Positions 1 to 11,729 of a DNA stretch of 64,000 nt are shown here, in pieces. The notes below the pieces were generated by a model. The model saw only the letters and a program-made list of their open reading frames with translations, had not been told where the DNA came from and searched no databases. Every line of letters begins with the position of its first letter. Position 1 is the stretch's first letter. The position numbers and the translations under genes were made by a program. Where the stretch lies: contig OX597816.1 of NCBI GenBank assembly GCA_951406725.2, forward strand, positions 6,510,001 to 6,574,000. Direction: 5' to 3'. The stretch is from Octopus vulgaris (taxonomy: Eukaryota).

Positions 1-853
1 TTGCACAACCCGAGAATTGGCAGAAAGCCTCAACCTATCAAAATCCGTCTTTCATGAACACCTGGTAAAGCTTGGGTACACAAATCACTACGATGTTTGG
101 GTACCACATGAGTTGAGTGAGAAGAACCTTTTGGATCGCATTTCCATCTGTGATTCGCTTTATAAACGGAATGAAAACGTGCTTTTTTTAAAGCAAAGTA
201 TGACAGGTGATGAGAAATAGATTAACCTACCGAAATGTTCAGAGAAAGCGATCTTGGTGTAAGCGACATGAGCCACCCTTAGCCACCCCAAAAGCGAGTC
301 TTCACCCTAAAATAGTCTTGCTTTATGTCTGGTGGGATTGGAAAGGAATTCTGTATTATGAGCTTCTCCCAAGTAACCAGACAGTTCTGTGAAATATTGC
401 ACACAACTGCACAAGTTAAAAGCAGCAATCCCTGAGTAACGTCCAGAATTGGCAAGCAGGAAGGGTGTTGTTTTCCAACATGATAACACAAGACCGCACG
501 TTTCTTTGGGAACAAGACAAAAATTGCTGCAACTCGGCTGGGATGTGTTACCTCACCCTCCATATTCACCAGATATTGCTCCTTCGGGTTTCCACTTATT
601 CAGGTCTCTGCAGAATAGTCTTAATGGTAAAAATTTCAATTCCATGGATGACGTAAAAAGATACCTTGATGAATTCTTTGCCATGAAACCACCTCAATTC
701 TGGGAAGAGGGTATTTTCAAGTTAAAGGAAAGATGGAGACGCATTGTGCAACAAAATGGTTCATATTTGGTTGATTAAAAACATAATGGCATGTATTTAT
801 TGACCTTTTTCTTTCCTTTAAAAATCGACACAAACTTTCCGGACAACCCAATA
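1..853 (+). mobile_element. Decayed mariner (DD34D-type) DNA transposon, 3' part with right TIR
   Basis: Broken ORFs 17-220, 207-392 and 449-778 carry the mariner motifs WVPHEL, TGDEK, VWWDWKGILYYELLP, HDNTRPH and HPPYSPDIAPSGFHLF. The element ends in ...aaactttccggacaacccaata, a mariner-type TIR ending in TA. Stops and frameshifts are present. Confidence 0.95.
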
Positions 854-879
854 TATACAATACAAACACATACAGAAAA

Positions 880-990
880 ATAGATAGATAGATAGATAGA
901 TAGATACATACATACATACATACATACATACATACATACATACATACATACATACATACATACATACATACATACATACATACATACATA
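880..990. repeat. Compound (TAGA)n(TACA)n microsatellite
   Basis: Read directly from the sequence. Confidence 0.97.
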
Positions 991-1758
991 GAAATATTTT
1001 AAAAATCAGCTCTGTGTGTATATATATATATATATGAAAAATCATTCATTTAGCATAAATCAACGAGACCTCCTTCAACTGAAGTTTTAGAATGCATTTG
1101 GTGAATATTTTCCCCCAGGAACGCCTGTCGGTGTAATCCCCTAGCTCGCTGATTTACGCGAAATACAAACGAAAATCTTTTTTTACGGAAGGAAAATGCA
1201 AACTATCAAATATTCTATCGCTGATTGTCAAGTAAGATAACACGTAAACTTGTATGGCTGCAGGTATTTCTAGGGTTGCAATAAAAAGAATTACCGCCTG
1301 ACAGTTATCGGAACAAACGAGAGCATTGTCACTTCTCCAGGCCATGCAAACTTAATTGTCACGTATTTCAAAGCCGTCAGAAGGCCCCTGAAGCCCATCA
1401 ATCAGGTCTACGAAAGAACGGAGGGAAAAAAAATTAGGGGATCAGTTTCCTTTTTCGAAGATAACTAGTTAAGATTATGCAACTTTCGTGGCGTATTCAT
1501 AATAATTTTGTGTAATTTAAATCCATTTTGCAGAAGAAAATATCACTAAATACGGAATAAATCAATGGAATTGAGAATATGCTGCTGCTATTAATGGTTA
1601 TAATTCCTCGGATATCAACAGCTCGGAAATTCTTTAGTATTTTTCTGACATTGATATTATACAATTGCACGTCACCATATCAAAAAATTACTGAATGCAC
1701 ACGAAAACATATGCAAATACACTTCAATACATTTGAGTATTCATACGAATATCAATAT

Positions 1759-1813
<55 letters not shown>

Positions 1814-1964
1814 TGCTTTGACAACCTGGCGAGTTTGATTCTAAGGTGTTTTGTTGGCTTGCTGTGCTTAGTTCAGTTTTTCTAAGAAAAAATTGAAAAT
1901 TTGCTATCAAGGGACCGTTGTCCATTCATATTCTTGCGACATTGTTATAAATTTTATAAAAATG

Positions 1965-2190
1965 ATGGCACTAGCAGATTCTGTAGCGCGTCATGCAAAA
2001 TGATTAGCAGTAGTTCTTCCAATTAGCTACGTTTTGAGTTCAAATCCCGTCGATGTCGACTTTGCCTTTTATCCCATCGGAGACGATAAGATAAAGTACA
2101 GGTCGAGTCCTGGGGTCGATATAATAGATTAACCTCCTCCTCCTCCTCCTAAAATTGCTGGCCTCGTGTCAAAATTCAAAACGAAAATAT
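1965..2190 (+). mobile_element. Diverged tRNA-derived SINE (family M, Meta/MESC-like core), tail type B
   Basis: Core gagttcaaatccc..gtcgactttgccttt..gataa..agtac..ggggtcgat, with tail ggcctcgtgtcaaaattc. Confidence 0.75.
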
Positions 2191-2545
2191 TCTTTTCTAC
2201 TCTAGGCACAAGGCTTGATGTTTTGGGAGAGAGGGGCCAGTCGATTAGATCGACCCCAGTACGCAACTGGTACTTAATTTATCGACTCCGAAAGGGTGAA
2301 AGGCAAAGTCGACCTCGGCGGAATTTGAACTCAGAAAGTAAAGACAGAGGAAATAGCGCGAAGCATTTCGCCCATTGTGCTAACGATTCTGCCAGCTCGC
2401 CGCCTTTCTAAACGAAAATATTCTTTTCTACTCTAGGCACAAGGTCCGAAAATTGGGGGGAGGGGGCCAGTTGATATGATTGACACCAGTACGCAACTGG
2501 TACTTAATTTATCGACCCCTAAAGAATGAAAGGCAAAGTCGAATA
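2188..2545 (-). mobile_element. SINE family M, tail type C: one full copy plus one partial copy
   Basis: Full minus-strand copy ~2188-2406 (ggcggcgagctggcagaa...ccttgtgcctagagtagaaaaag). A second 3' portion lies at ~2420-2543. Confidence 0.85.
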
Positions 2546-2736
2546 TTAAACACGTAATGTATTACGTGTATGGAAACATTTAATTTAGTTTTACGTATTG
2601 TTTTTAGTTAAAAGTAAAAGTTAACGAGAGCATGTGATCAGTTACGTGTCTACCGTGGTTTCAAATCTCCTGAACAGCCTTCGAGCGCATTGGGACTGTT
2701 TAGTGTTTCCTCATAAACATTGTTGTCTACAAGTCA

Positions 2737-4255
2737 CCGTATTTACTCGTGTATAAGTTGCATTTTTTTTTATAATTGATTTTCAGTGAAAAGCTGGAAT
2801 GCCACATCGACGGGACAAAACTGAAACTGTAAAAGAAAACAATTATGCTATCATTAAATACCAAACAGAGGAGCCACATAGAGATGAGTGCGACCTAAAC
2901 ACGAGTGCTATTTGAACCCAAGTGCGACTTATACAAGAGTGCGACTTATACAAGAGTGCGACTTATACAAGAGTGCGACTTATACAAGAGTGCAACTTAT
3001 ACAAGAGTGCGACTTAAACACGAGTGCTATTTAAACCCTATACAAGAGTGTAACTTAAACACGAGTCCTATTTAAACCCGAGTGCAACTTATACAAGAGT
3101 TTCAACTTGAACACGAGTGCTATTTAAACCCAAGTGCGACTTATACATGAGTACGACTTATACAAGAGTGCGACTTATATAAGAGTGCGACTTAAACACG
3201 AGTGCTATTTAAACCCTAGTGCGACTTATACATGAGTACGACTTATACAAGAGTACGACTTAAACACTGGTGCTATTTAAACCCAAGTGCAACTTATACA
3301 TGAATACGACTTATACAAGTGTGCGACTTATACAAGTGTGCTATTTAAACCCAAGTGCGACTTATACATGAATACGACTTATATAAGTGTGCGACTTATA
3401 CATGAATACGACTTATATAAGTGTGCGACTTATACAAGAGCGCTATTTAAACAAGAGTATTATTTAAGCCCAAGTGCAACTAATACAACTTATACAAGAG
3501 TGTAACTTGAACACGAGTCCTATTTAAACCCGAGTGCGACTTATACAAGAGTGCGACTTGAACACGGGTGCTATTTAAACCCAAGTGCAACTAATACATG
3601 AGTACAACTTATACAAGAGTGCGACTTAAACACGAGTCCTTTTAAACCCGAGTGCGACTTATACAAGAGTGAGACTTGAACACGAGTGCTATTTAAACCA
3701 AAGTGCGACTTATACATGAGTACGACTTATACAAGTGGGCGACGTATACAAGAGTGCGATTTATGCATGAGTATTATTTAAAAACGAGTGCCACTTATAC
3801 ATGAATACGACTTGTACACGAGTGCGACTTATGCACGAGTGTTATTTAAACATGAGTGTTTAAATACATGAGTACGACTTATACAAGAGGGCGACTTATG
3901 CACGAGTGTTATTTAAACATGATTGCCACTTATACACGAGTACGACTTGTACACGAGTACGACTTATGCACGAGCGTTATTTAAACATGACTGCCACTTA
4001 TACACGAGTACGACTTGTACACGAGTACGACTTATGCACGAGCGTTATTTAAACACGAGTACCACTTGTACACGAGTACGACTTGTACAAGAGTGCCACT
4101 TATACACGAGTACGACTTGTACACGAGTGCGACTTATGCACGAGTGTTATTTAAACATGATTGCCACTTATACATGATTACGACTTATACACGAGTGCGA
4201 CTTATATACAAGTGTGAATTGAACACGAATGCGTCTTATAAACAAGTAGATAGAG
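2737..4255. mobile_element. Tc2/pogo-like non-autonomous DNA transposon with expanded internal tandem repeat
   Basis: Left end ccgtatttactcgtgtataagttgca. The degenerate right end gcgtcttataaacaagtagatagag|ta resembles its reverse complement. The internal satellite is built from the same motif. Confidence 0.6.
2885..4248. repeat. 17-bp-unit minisatellite (gagtgcgacttatacaa and variants)
   Basis: About 80 units with recurring variants gagtgcgacttatacaa, gagtgcgacttaaacac and gagtgctatttaaaccc. Confidence 0.95.
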
Positions 4256-4379
4256 TAATCGATATTTGTCATTTGCAAACAGTGACGAGCATTCACGATG
4301 ACATCACAAGCGTTGTGACGTGTCGTTCATGAATATAATTATGTTTTATATACCACATGTGGCCATACAGGCAGGTCCT

Positions 4380-4590
4380 TAACTGCTTGTGCTGGCGCTA
4401 CGTAAAAATCACTCGTGCAGGCGCCACCATGCAAAAGGCACCCAGTACACTTTGTAAAGTGGTTAATGTTAGGAAGGGCATTTGGCCGTAGAAGCCATGT
4501 CAGAATAGACAATTGGAGTCTGGGTAGCTTTCAGGCTGACCAGCTCTTGTCAAACTGGAAAACGGACATTAAATGGCGACCATAATCATG
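4380..4590 (+). mobile_element. Diverged SINE-like interspersed repeat (RTE-associated type)
   Basis: Contains ggcacccagtacactttgtaaagtggtt..gttaggaagggcat..gccgtagaa and ends ggaaaacggacattaaatg. Recognised from memory only; there is no second copy in the window. Confidence 0.5.
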
Positions 4591-5064
4591 ATAAATACCG
4601 CAGCGTTTTTGGTAGAGCTAAATGTGTGGCTGGAACTATTTCTATAATCATCTTTTACTAAAATACCTTTGTGGGAGGCAATGAACGACGAACGCTCATT
4701 ATTGTCACCTATAAATGTGAGACATTATCGTTATTATATTCCGTGTAAAATAAAAAATCAATAGTGTTTCGCGAAATTATTTTCATTTTCTATTATGAAT
4801 TTTGCTTAATCTCTCCCCCGATTTACATTATGATGTGGTTATCAATTAATGAGAAAATCTTTAATCAAAATAAACCAATCGATAGAAAGACAGATTAATT
4901 AAATGCGTCACTATTGTGTCGATTGAGTTTTAACAATATGACATCAGCCTCAAACCGCGGAGACCATTTCACAACAAAATTGTCAAATCAATAATTTATG
5001 CCTCATTTTCAAAGTAGGTTAGTATCAAACCTAGATTTACATATCGCGCACACACGTGTGTGTT

Positions 5065-5177
5065 TATATACGTATATATATATATATCATATATATATAT
5101 ATATATATACATGCGTACATACATATATATACGCATACGTAAGTGCATATATATATATACATACATACATACATACA

Positions 5178-5209
<32 letters not shown>

Positions 5210-5224
5210 AGCATACGTAAGTGC

Positions 5225-5255
<31 letters not shown>

Positions 5256-5270
5256 TATACGCATACGTAA

Positions 5271-5312
<42 letters not shown>

Positions 5313-5345
5313 ACGTACCACAAAGAGAGAGAGAGAGAGAGAGAG
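5065..5345. repeat. (TA)n/(TACA)n/(GA)n compound microsatellite with a gcatacgtaagtgc interruption occurring three times
   Basis: Read directly from the sequence. Confidence 0.9.
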
Positions 5346-5619
5346 GAGGTCAATAATTAGAGAGCGGAACATCAGGAGTGAAACTCTAGCTCAGATAACA
5401 CCCACACACACATTAATCAATATGCATTTCCTTAATTACTCTATTGATATGCAAATACGTATATTATGCGGTATGTATAATACATACATATATATCAGTC
5501 AACACAACCTTAACGGCCATGATAATAATTTCACTAACATTATTACCGATAATAAAGCAGCGGTGTCCTCGTTAGCAACAAAGTCAAGCGGATACTTTTT
5601 CTTTAACATACGCCAGTAA

Positions 5620-6022
5620 TATTGATTTCAAAATTTGGCACAAGGCCAGCAATTTCGATGAAGGGGACATAGTCGATTACATCGTCGTCAGTCCTCAACT
5701 GGTACTTATTTTATCGACCCCAAAAGGATGAAAGGCAAAGTCGACCTCGGCGGAATTTGAACTCAGAACGTAGCGCCAGACGAAATACCTATTTCTTTAC
5801 TACCCACAAGGGGCTAAACACAGAGGGGACAAACAAGGACAGACAAACGGATTAAGTTGATTATATTGGACCCAGTGCGTAAATGATACTTATTTAATCG
5901 ACCCCGAAAGGATGAACGGCAAAGTCGACCTCGGCGGAATTTGAACTCAGAACGTAACGGCAGACGAAATACTGCTAAGCATTTCGCCCAGCGTGCTAAC
6001 GATTCTGCCAGCTCGCAGCCTT
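5620..6022 (-). mobile_element. SINE family M heterodimer (head + body/tail A + body/tail B)
   Basis: Two core domains with the junction gacgaaatacctatttctttac at ~5779-5800. Confidence 0.88.
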
Positions 6023-6054
6023 ATGCAGCGTACAAAATCATTGATAGATTTTAA

Positions 6055-6261
6055 CCCGGTGTCTGTCCTGTGTATATTTCTCAGGTGTCCTTGCATCATG
6101 TGATACACACTTTTGTTTTTCAATCACCTGGGCAACTTGAGAATTATGAAAGGAAAGCTTTATCTTACTCGGAACGTATGAAGTAAGCACTAACCAAAAG
6201 TCTGAAAACAAGCATGAACATCTAGGACACACAAACGAAAATGCTTTTGACGGGCAAAGGG
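6055..6261. mobile_element. piggyBac-type MITE
   Basis: TTAA|CCCggtgtctgtc ... gacgggcaaaGGG|TTAA: imperfect TIRs with TTAA on both sides. Confidence 0.55.
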
Positions 6262-6799
6262 TTAAGTCATTTTCTGCCGTTGTGCGAAACCAATAAACGA
6301 ATCTTAGTTTTATTAAAACACTTGAAGATACTGCCTCCCTTGAAACAGTAATTCCGTAGGTATTCACTAACAAGACTAAGTAGACAAATACTGTTATAGA
6401 CAGCTAATCTTTAATTAATTATCTAAAGAACCAATTAAATATTACAGTTGTGCCATATAAATATAAATTGCAAGAAAGATGCATATTGGCCATTGAAAAG
6501 CGCACAAAGACTACATGGAATCGCGTCAGTGACGAAGTGGGAATCGGTACGACGAAAATTTTAACACCAAATAATAAATTTTTAAGTAAAGAGAGCAGTT
6601 TTTGCATGTTGTCTTTTAATGGTTAATGTCTTCCATGCCCTAATTAGTTAAGTTTCAACGCAGAGTCTCAGATAAAATTACTTACAAGGTAAGTGCACCA
6701 CCAAAATAATTCTAAATGTCTTCGTGAACATTGCAAACTCTTTAACAAATTACATAACGAGTTTGAATTATTACAACAACCAGATATCATCGTCTTATG

Positions 6800-7204
6800 T
6801 GTCTCCAGACACTAATAAATTAAAACATTTTGGTGCTCCCATATATATATATATAATTCAAAATATAAACAATAAGAAACTATAAAATAAATTTATATTT
6901 ATCAAAATGAAACAAAACTAACATTAAGATAGAAAATAATGTTTATTTATGTATGATTCCACTTTATTCATATCTGATAAGTTTTCTATTATTTTGATTG
7001 CATAGACTTTGATCAGATCTTCATTGTCACCATGAACACTTCAAAAAATTCTATTTCCGATCGTATAAACCACTTTGAATATTGTCTTAGAAAGATTAAA
7101 GTGATTTCTTTTATGCCGTGAACCATTTACCATTTCTGTGGTGACTTCCTTCCCTTAGATCCTTCAGCACGTGCTTATTTTGCTTAATGGTTAATCCTGC
7201 GCTG
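6800..7204 (+). mobile_element. hAT-like MITE, diverged copy of the 31291-31709 family
   Basis: Shares attttggtgc.cccata and ...cagcacgtgcttattttgcttaatggttaatcc.gc.ctgg with the 31.3 kb copy. The left end is unclear. Confidence 0.7.
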
Positions 7205-8308
7205 GATATTACGCACACAAACATTAAGCCATAATTTCGTAGAAGACGTCTGAAAACACTTCCAAAATAATTCACAAATTAACAGATAATTTTACGAAAG
7301 TCAAATAATTTCACGAAAGTATCCTTCCTCACCGGCGCTAATAGATAAATCTCTAGCTTTGACAAATCACCAGACGCACTCATGTATGTACATTTGACAT
7401 ACTAATGCTGCAACTATATACACCTATCTGTGTTGCTATGTTTCAGCATATATATAAATCAACATCAAAGCAACGAAGATGAAAGGAAAAATCGTCATTT
7501 CCTCTCAAAAACTTTCTCTTCGTTCTTCATTTTATTCAGTTCTCACAAGTCTCGCCACTCGATAAATAAAATGTTTTTATTTCTACTCGAAAAAATAGAG
7601 TAATGATAAAAAGCAATACTTTTCAAAGTTTTTTTTTTAATTAAATTTCAAACTTTAAACATTACAAAGGTATACTGATGAAAGGAAGGATAGCTTCTGA
7701 AACACTGGTGCTTTAAAAACAAAAACAAAAAAACACCCAGAATAAAATTAATGGGATGGAGAGCGAGTAGACTGACAGAATTGGTAGAGCGACGGATAAA
7801 TGTATTGTGGTACTTAATTGTGTACGTTTGAATGTTTCCAGGTCAAATCCCGCCGAGGATGATAAACAATAATTGTCTATAACACTTTTTATGTAAACAT
7901 TTATTTTATCACTTATTCATATCTCTCATTTCTGTCATATGACATATTCAATGCAGAGAATCTTCTCGCGCGACTGGCACGTGAGTGTAAAACATGAACG
8001 TTAACCAAGGATTTGTACGGATAGCGTTCTAAGCCACATTCCTACTTTAAAAACAAACTGTTTTTATAACAACGGCCCAGAATAAACACATTTTACAATA
8101 CAACACTTTGCACTATACACTTGTGAAAATCTAATGTGAAACCGGTGATGTGTATTCCTATATTTTAAAATATATTTTTAATTAATTCCTATAATTCTAA
8201 TCAATTCCTGTTTTTTTAAATATAATTCTAATTAATTTAAAGATATTCTCTGTGCATGCATTTTCAACTTCATGTCTTCTATTCTTCTATTTGTTGGGAT
8301 TAATAATG

Positions 8309-8349
<41 letters not shown>

Positions 8350-8464
8350 GCAAAACACTCCCTTTGGTACCCCTGTTTAGATATAGTTGTGATATATCTC
8401 TTTAAACCTTGTTTTTACATTCGGTTTGCAAGATTCTTGATGTGAATTCGTGTGTTGAAACAAA

Positions 8465-8827
8465 TTTTGTTGTCCTGGTAGGGTCATTGTGCCAATAATG
8501 ATAACACACGCACTGGATCAATTCCACTTCTTTATTGTTTATCAATTGGTTAAATATCTATCCAACTAACTAAATAATTGGGTTTTTTTAATATGCTTTT
8601 TAAACAATCAATCCGTTATTTATTAGTCACTTGTATCACTGAAAAGGTCGTGAACAGCGACGAGAGAACTTTGACAAACAATCGATTGATTATCTAACCA
8701 ACACATTAAATAAATGATCGATTAGTTAGTCGATAAGATATTTAACCAATTGACTCACAATAAAGAAGTGAAATTGAACCAGTGTGTATTATTGTCATTG
8801 GCTCAATGACCCTCCCAAGGCACAAAA
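8465..8827. repeat. Long imperfect inverted repeat (~115-bp arms)
   Basis: gggtcattgtgccaat...cacttctttattgt..tcaattggttaaatatct..ctaactaa is mirrored by ttagttag..agatatttaaccaattga..acaataaagaagtg...attggctcaatgaccc. Confidence 0.85.
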
Positions 8828-9429
8828 ATTGATCTTAAATTATTTACTTCGAATGCTGCTTCCTTGAATAGAATAATATACAGAGGTCACAGCTAAATAT
8901 GTTAGTCACTAACGTCATCAATTTTTAAATTTGATAAAAAATCTTGTCCAAGTTTATTTCTGTTTGCTTAATTGTAGTAAGTGTCCTAGATGCTGGTGTC
9001 TCAAGTCACAGGACTTATGAGGTCGGTTTCTCGGGTTTCCATGGCGCATAAGTGACTGAAATGACAACAGTTCCCTGGATGTGACGCCAGTCCGTCGTGG
9101 GGCTAACTTCCCAGCATTGCTGAATCCCATTCACATCTTAGTGGAGCAGCGGGAAGTAAAATGTCTTGCTCAAGAACACAACGAACCGCTTGGTCTGAGC
9201 GTTGAAACCATGATCGCAAGATCGTGAGTGTAACATACTACCCACTAGGCAACGCTTGGTTAACAGCTGTACTCATCTAATTATTAATTATACTGCTCCA
9301 ACATGTCCGCAGTCCAACGACTGAAATAAGTAAAAGAGGAACAGGGTCTATAGCCATATTGTAGACGACTGACAGAAAATCAATTGAAATGATTTCTCCT
9401 CTGGATAGATTTTATTAATACTAATAAGG

Positions 9430-10347
9430 GGCACTCCGTCGGTTACGACGACGAGGGTCTCAGCTGATACGATCAACGGAAGAGCTTGCTCGTGAAACTA
9501 ACGTTCAAGTCGCTGAGCACTCCACAGATACATGTACCTATTTCTTTACTGCCCACAAGAGGCTAAACACAGAGAGGACAAACAAGGACAGACAAACGTA
9601 TTAAGTCGATTACAGCGACCTCAGTGCGTAACTGGTAATTATTTAATCGACCCCGAAAGGATGAAAGGAAAAGTCGACCTCGGTGGAATTTGAACTCAGA
9701 ACGTAGCGGCAGACGAAATACCTATTTCTTTATTAGCCAAAAGGGGCTAAACATAGAGTGGACAAACAAGGACAGACAAACGGATTAAGTCGATTACAGC
9801 GACCCCAGTGCGTAACTGGTACTTAGTTTATCGACCCCGACAGGATGAAAGGCAAAGTCCACCTTGGCGGAATTTGAACTCAGAACGTAGCGGCAGACGA
9901 AATACCTATTTCTTTATTACCCACAAGGGGCTAAACATAGAGTGGACAAACAAGGAGGGACAAACGGATTAAGTCGATTACATCGACCCCAGTGCGTAAC
10001 TGCTTAATTTATCGATCCTGAAGGATGAAAGCAAAGTCGACCTTGTCTTTGAACCACGAAATACGGCTAAGCATTTCGCCCGCCTGCTAACGTTTCTGCC
10101 AGCTCGCCGCCTTCCACAGCTACATGTACCCTTAACGTAGTTCACACGGAAGTTCAGCGTGACACAGAGTGTGTCAAGGCTGGCCCCTTTGAAATACAGG
10201 TACTACACATTTTTTCCGGCTGAATGGACTGGAGCAACGCTAAAATAAAGTGTCATGCTCAAGGACACGACGCGTCGCCGGGAATTGAACTCACGACCTT
10301 TACGATCGCGAGCCGAATGCCCTAACCACTAAGCCACGCGCCTTCAC
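9430..10347 (-). mobile_element. tRNA-derived SINE (gtgtccttgagca..acactt core) interrupted by a family M trimer
   Basis: Head gtgaaggcgcgtggcttagtggttaggg and tail ...gtcgtaaccgacggagtgcc. The SINE is split at 9539-10112. Confidence 0.85.
9539..10112 (-). mobile_element. SINE family M trimer (one head, three bodies) with an 18-bp TSD
   Basis: TSD tccacagatacatgtacc (9521-9538) / tccacagctacatgtacc (10113-10130). Units are ~184 bp. Confidence 0.92.
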
Positions 10348-10377
10348 TAGTACTAATACATATAAACAGAAAGAACA

Positions 10378-10779
10378 TCTTTATATATAAAAGTGGAGGT
10401 TGTGTGCTGTCTGTCTCCTACGATTTAGATTCCTAACTACTCCCACATTTTGCGGTGCAGTTTAATCAAAACCGAGTATCTTATAGTCGTGATTCATATC
10501 GAGCCCTTCTGGGTATTAGCGCGCGTCTACGATGAGTCTACGATTTTAAAAAAAAATTACCATCAATTTTTCCCATTTTTAATGTATTTTTGGCATATAT
10601 AAGGGAAGTAACTCTTTAAAAATGTATTATTAAATCTCAGAACGTAAAATGTTACAGTAACACTCCCCCCACCTTTTGTGGTTAGCCATATTGAGATGGC
10701 TATTATACTTTACATCTCTAAAAATGCTTATATAGTTATTTCCCTTACAAACCCGAGCAACGCCGGGCGATACTGCTAG
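10378..10779 (+). mobile_element. Non-autonomous Helitron, copy 1
   Basis: A|TC start, 3' hairpin cccgagcaacgccggg, CTAG|T end, no TSD. Confidence 0.9.
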
Positions 10780-11344
10780 TTTATTATATAGTTTTATGTT
10801 GGAACATTCGATCCTGGTGTTGCTAATTATACAACATTGTTGCTATTTCGACGGCTATGACTTTTCTTTTTACTTCTTTGTTGCCATGTAAATGGAAAAA
10901 AACAAGATTTTTCAGCGATAAGTTTGTTTTTTTATTTTTCTGTTATCGAAGTATTGACTTATAACGGTTCAATCAGCCTACAGCTATCCAGACACCCACT
11001 GCAACACATCGAGTGTCCTTCAGATTTGTTTGCTTGTTTGTTTGATTTATTGTTCCTTTTTACCAGTCGAGAGATGGAGTTCAATGGAAGCAGCAGATTC
11101 GGAACATTTATTATTATGATTGTAGCTGTTTGCTCTGTTTTTCTTATTGTTTGCTTGCGGACTTTTCTGACACATCAAGGAGAGAATGAAAGGGAACTTT
11201 TATCAAGGAGAATATTTCGTTATAAAAGACGCTTCGCAGCACGTTTATTTCCGAGTCATGCTTAATGATATGACAATCTGAAGACATTAAGATTAATATT
11301 TAAACTGCTTAGCAACTATGCAAAAGGATTTGCTTTGAAGTTCT

Positions 11345-11572
11345 TTGACCCTTTTGTTGCCATATTTCTATTCAAATACACGGCCATTGTTTCAATGCAT
11401 TTCGAAAATAATGAAGGAGAATTTAGTTAAATAACCTTGTTATTCAGCCGGCGTTCGAAACAGTATTTAAGATTAAATTTCGATGAAAGGTTTTAATTTG
11501 AACCACTTTAAAACATGAAGTTTGTATCAAAGAACCAGAGTGGCCCCAGGCGGGTTTATATCGAAGACGTAA
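11345..11572. mobile_element. Diverged piggyBac-type MITE
   Basis: Begins ttgacccttttgttgccatatttc and ends gcgggtttatatcgaagacgtaa, consistent with degenerate TTAACCCTTT-type ends. Confidence 0.45.
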
Positions 11573-11729
11573 TTGCAAAAGATAAAATCAAAAATATAAA
11601 CGAAACGAAACACTCTTCCAAATTCTGTGCCATTTGTGTTGTCAATAAATGGTTGTTAACAGCAATTTAATATCAGAAAGTCCATCTATCTGTATTAAAA
11701 CCAAATAATTCGTTTAATATTTTAATACT

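Noticed and set aside
2885-4248. CRISPR-like array, or coding ORFs 3287-3505, 3923-4177 and 4015-4332
   Set aside because: The units are contiguous with no unique spacers, there are no cas genes and the context is eukaryotic. The ORFs are translations of the satellite.
10924-11265. 113-aa ORF with a hydrophobic stretch
   Set aside because: Non-ATG start and T-rich composition explain the hydrophobicity; no family was recognised.
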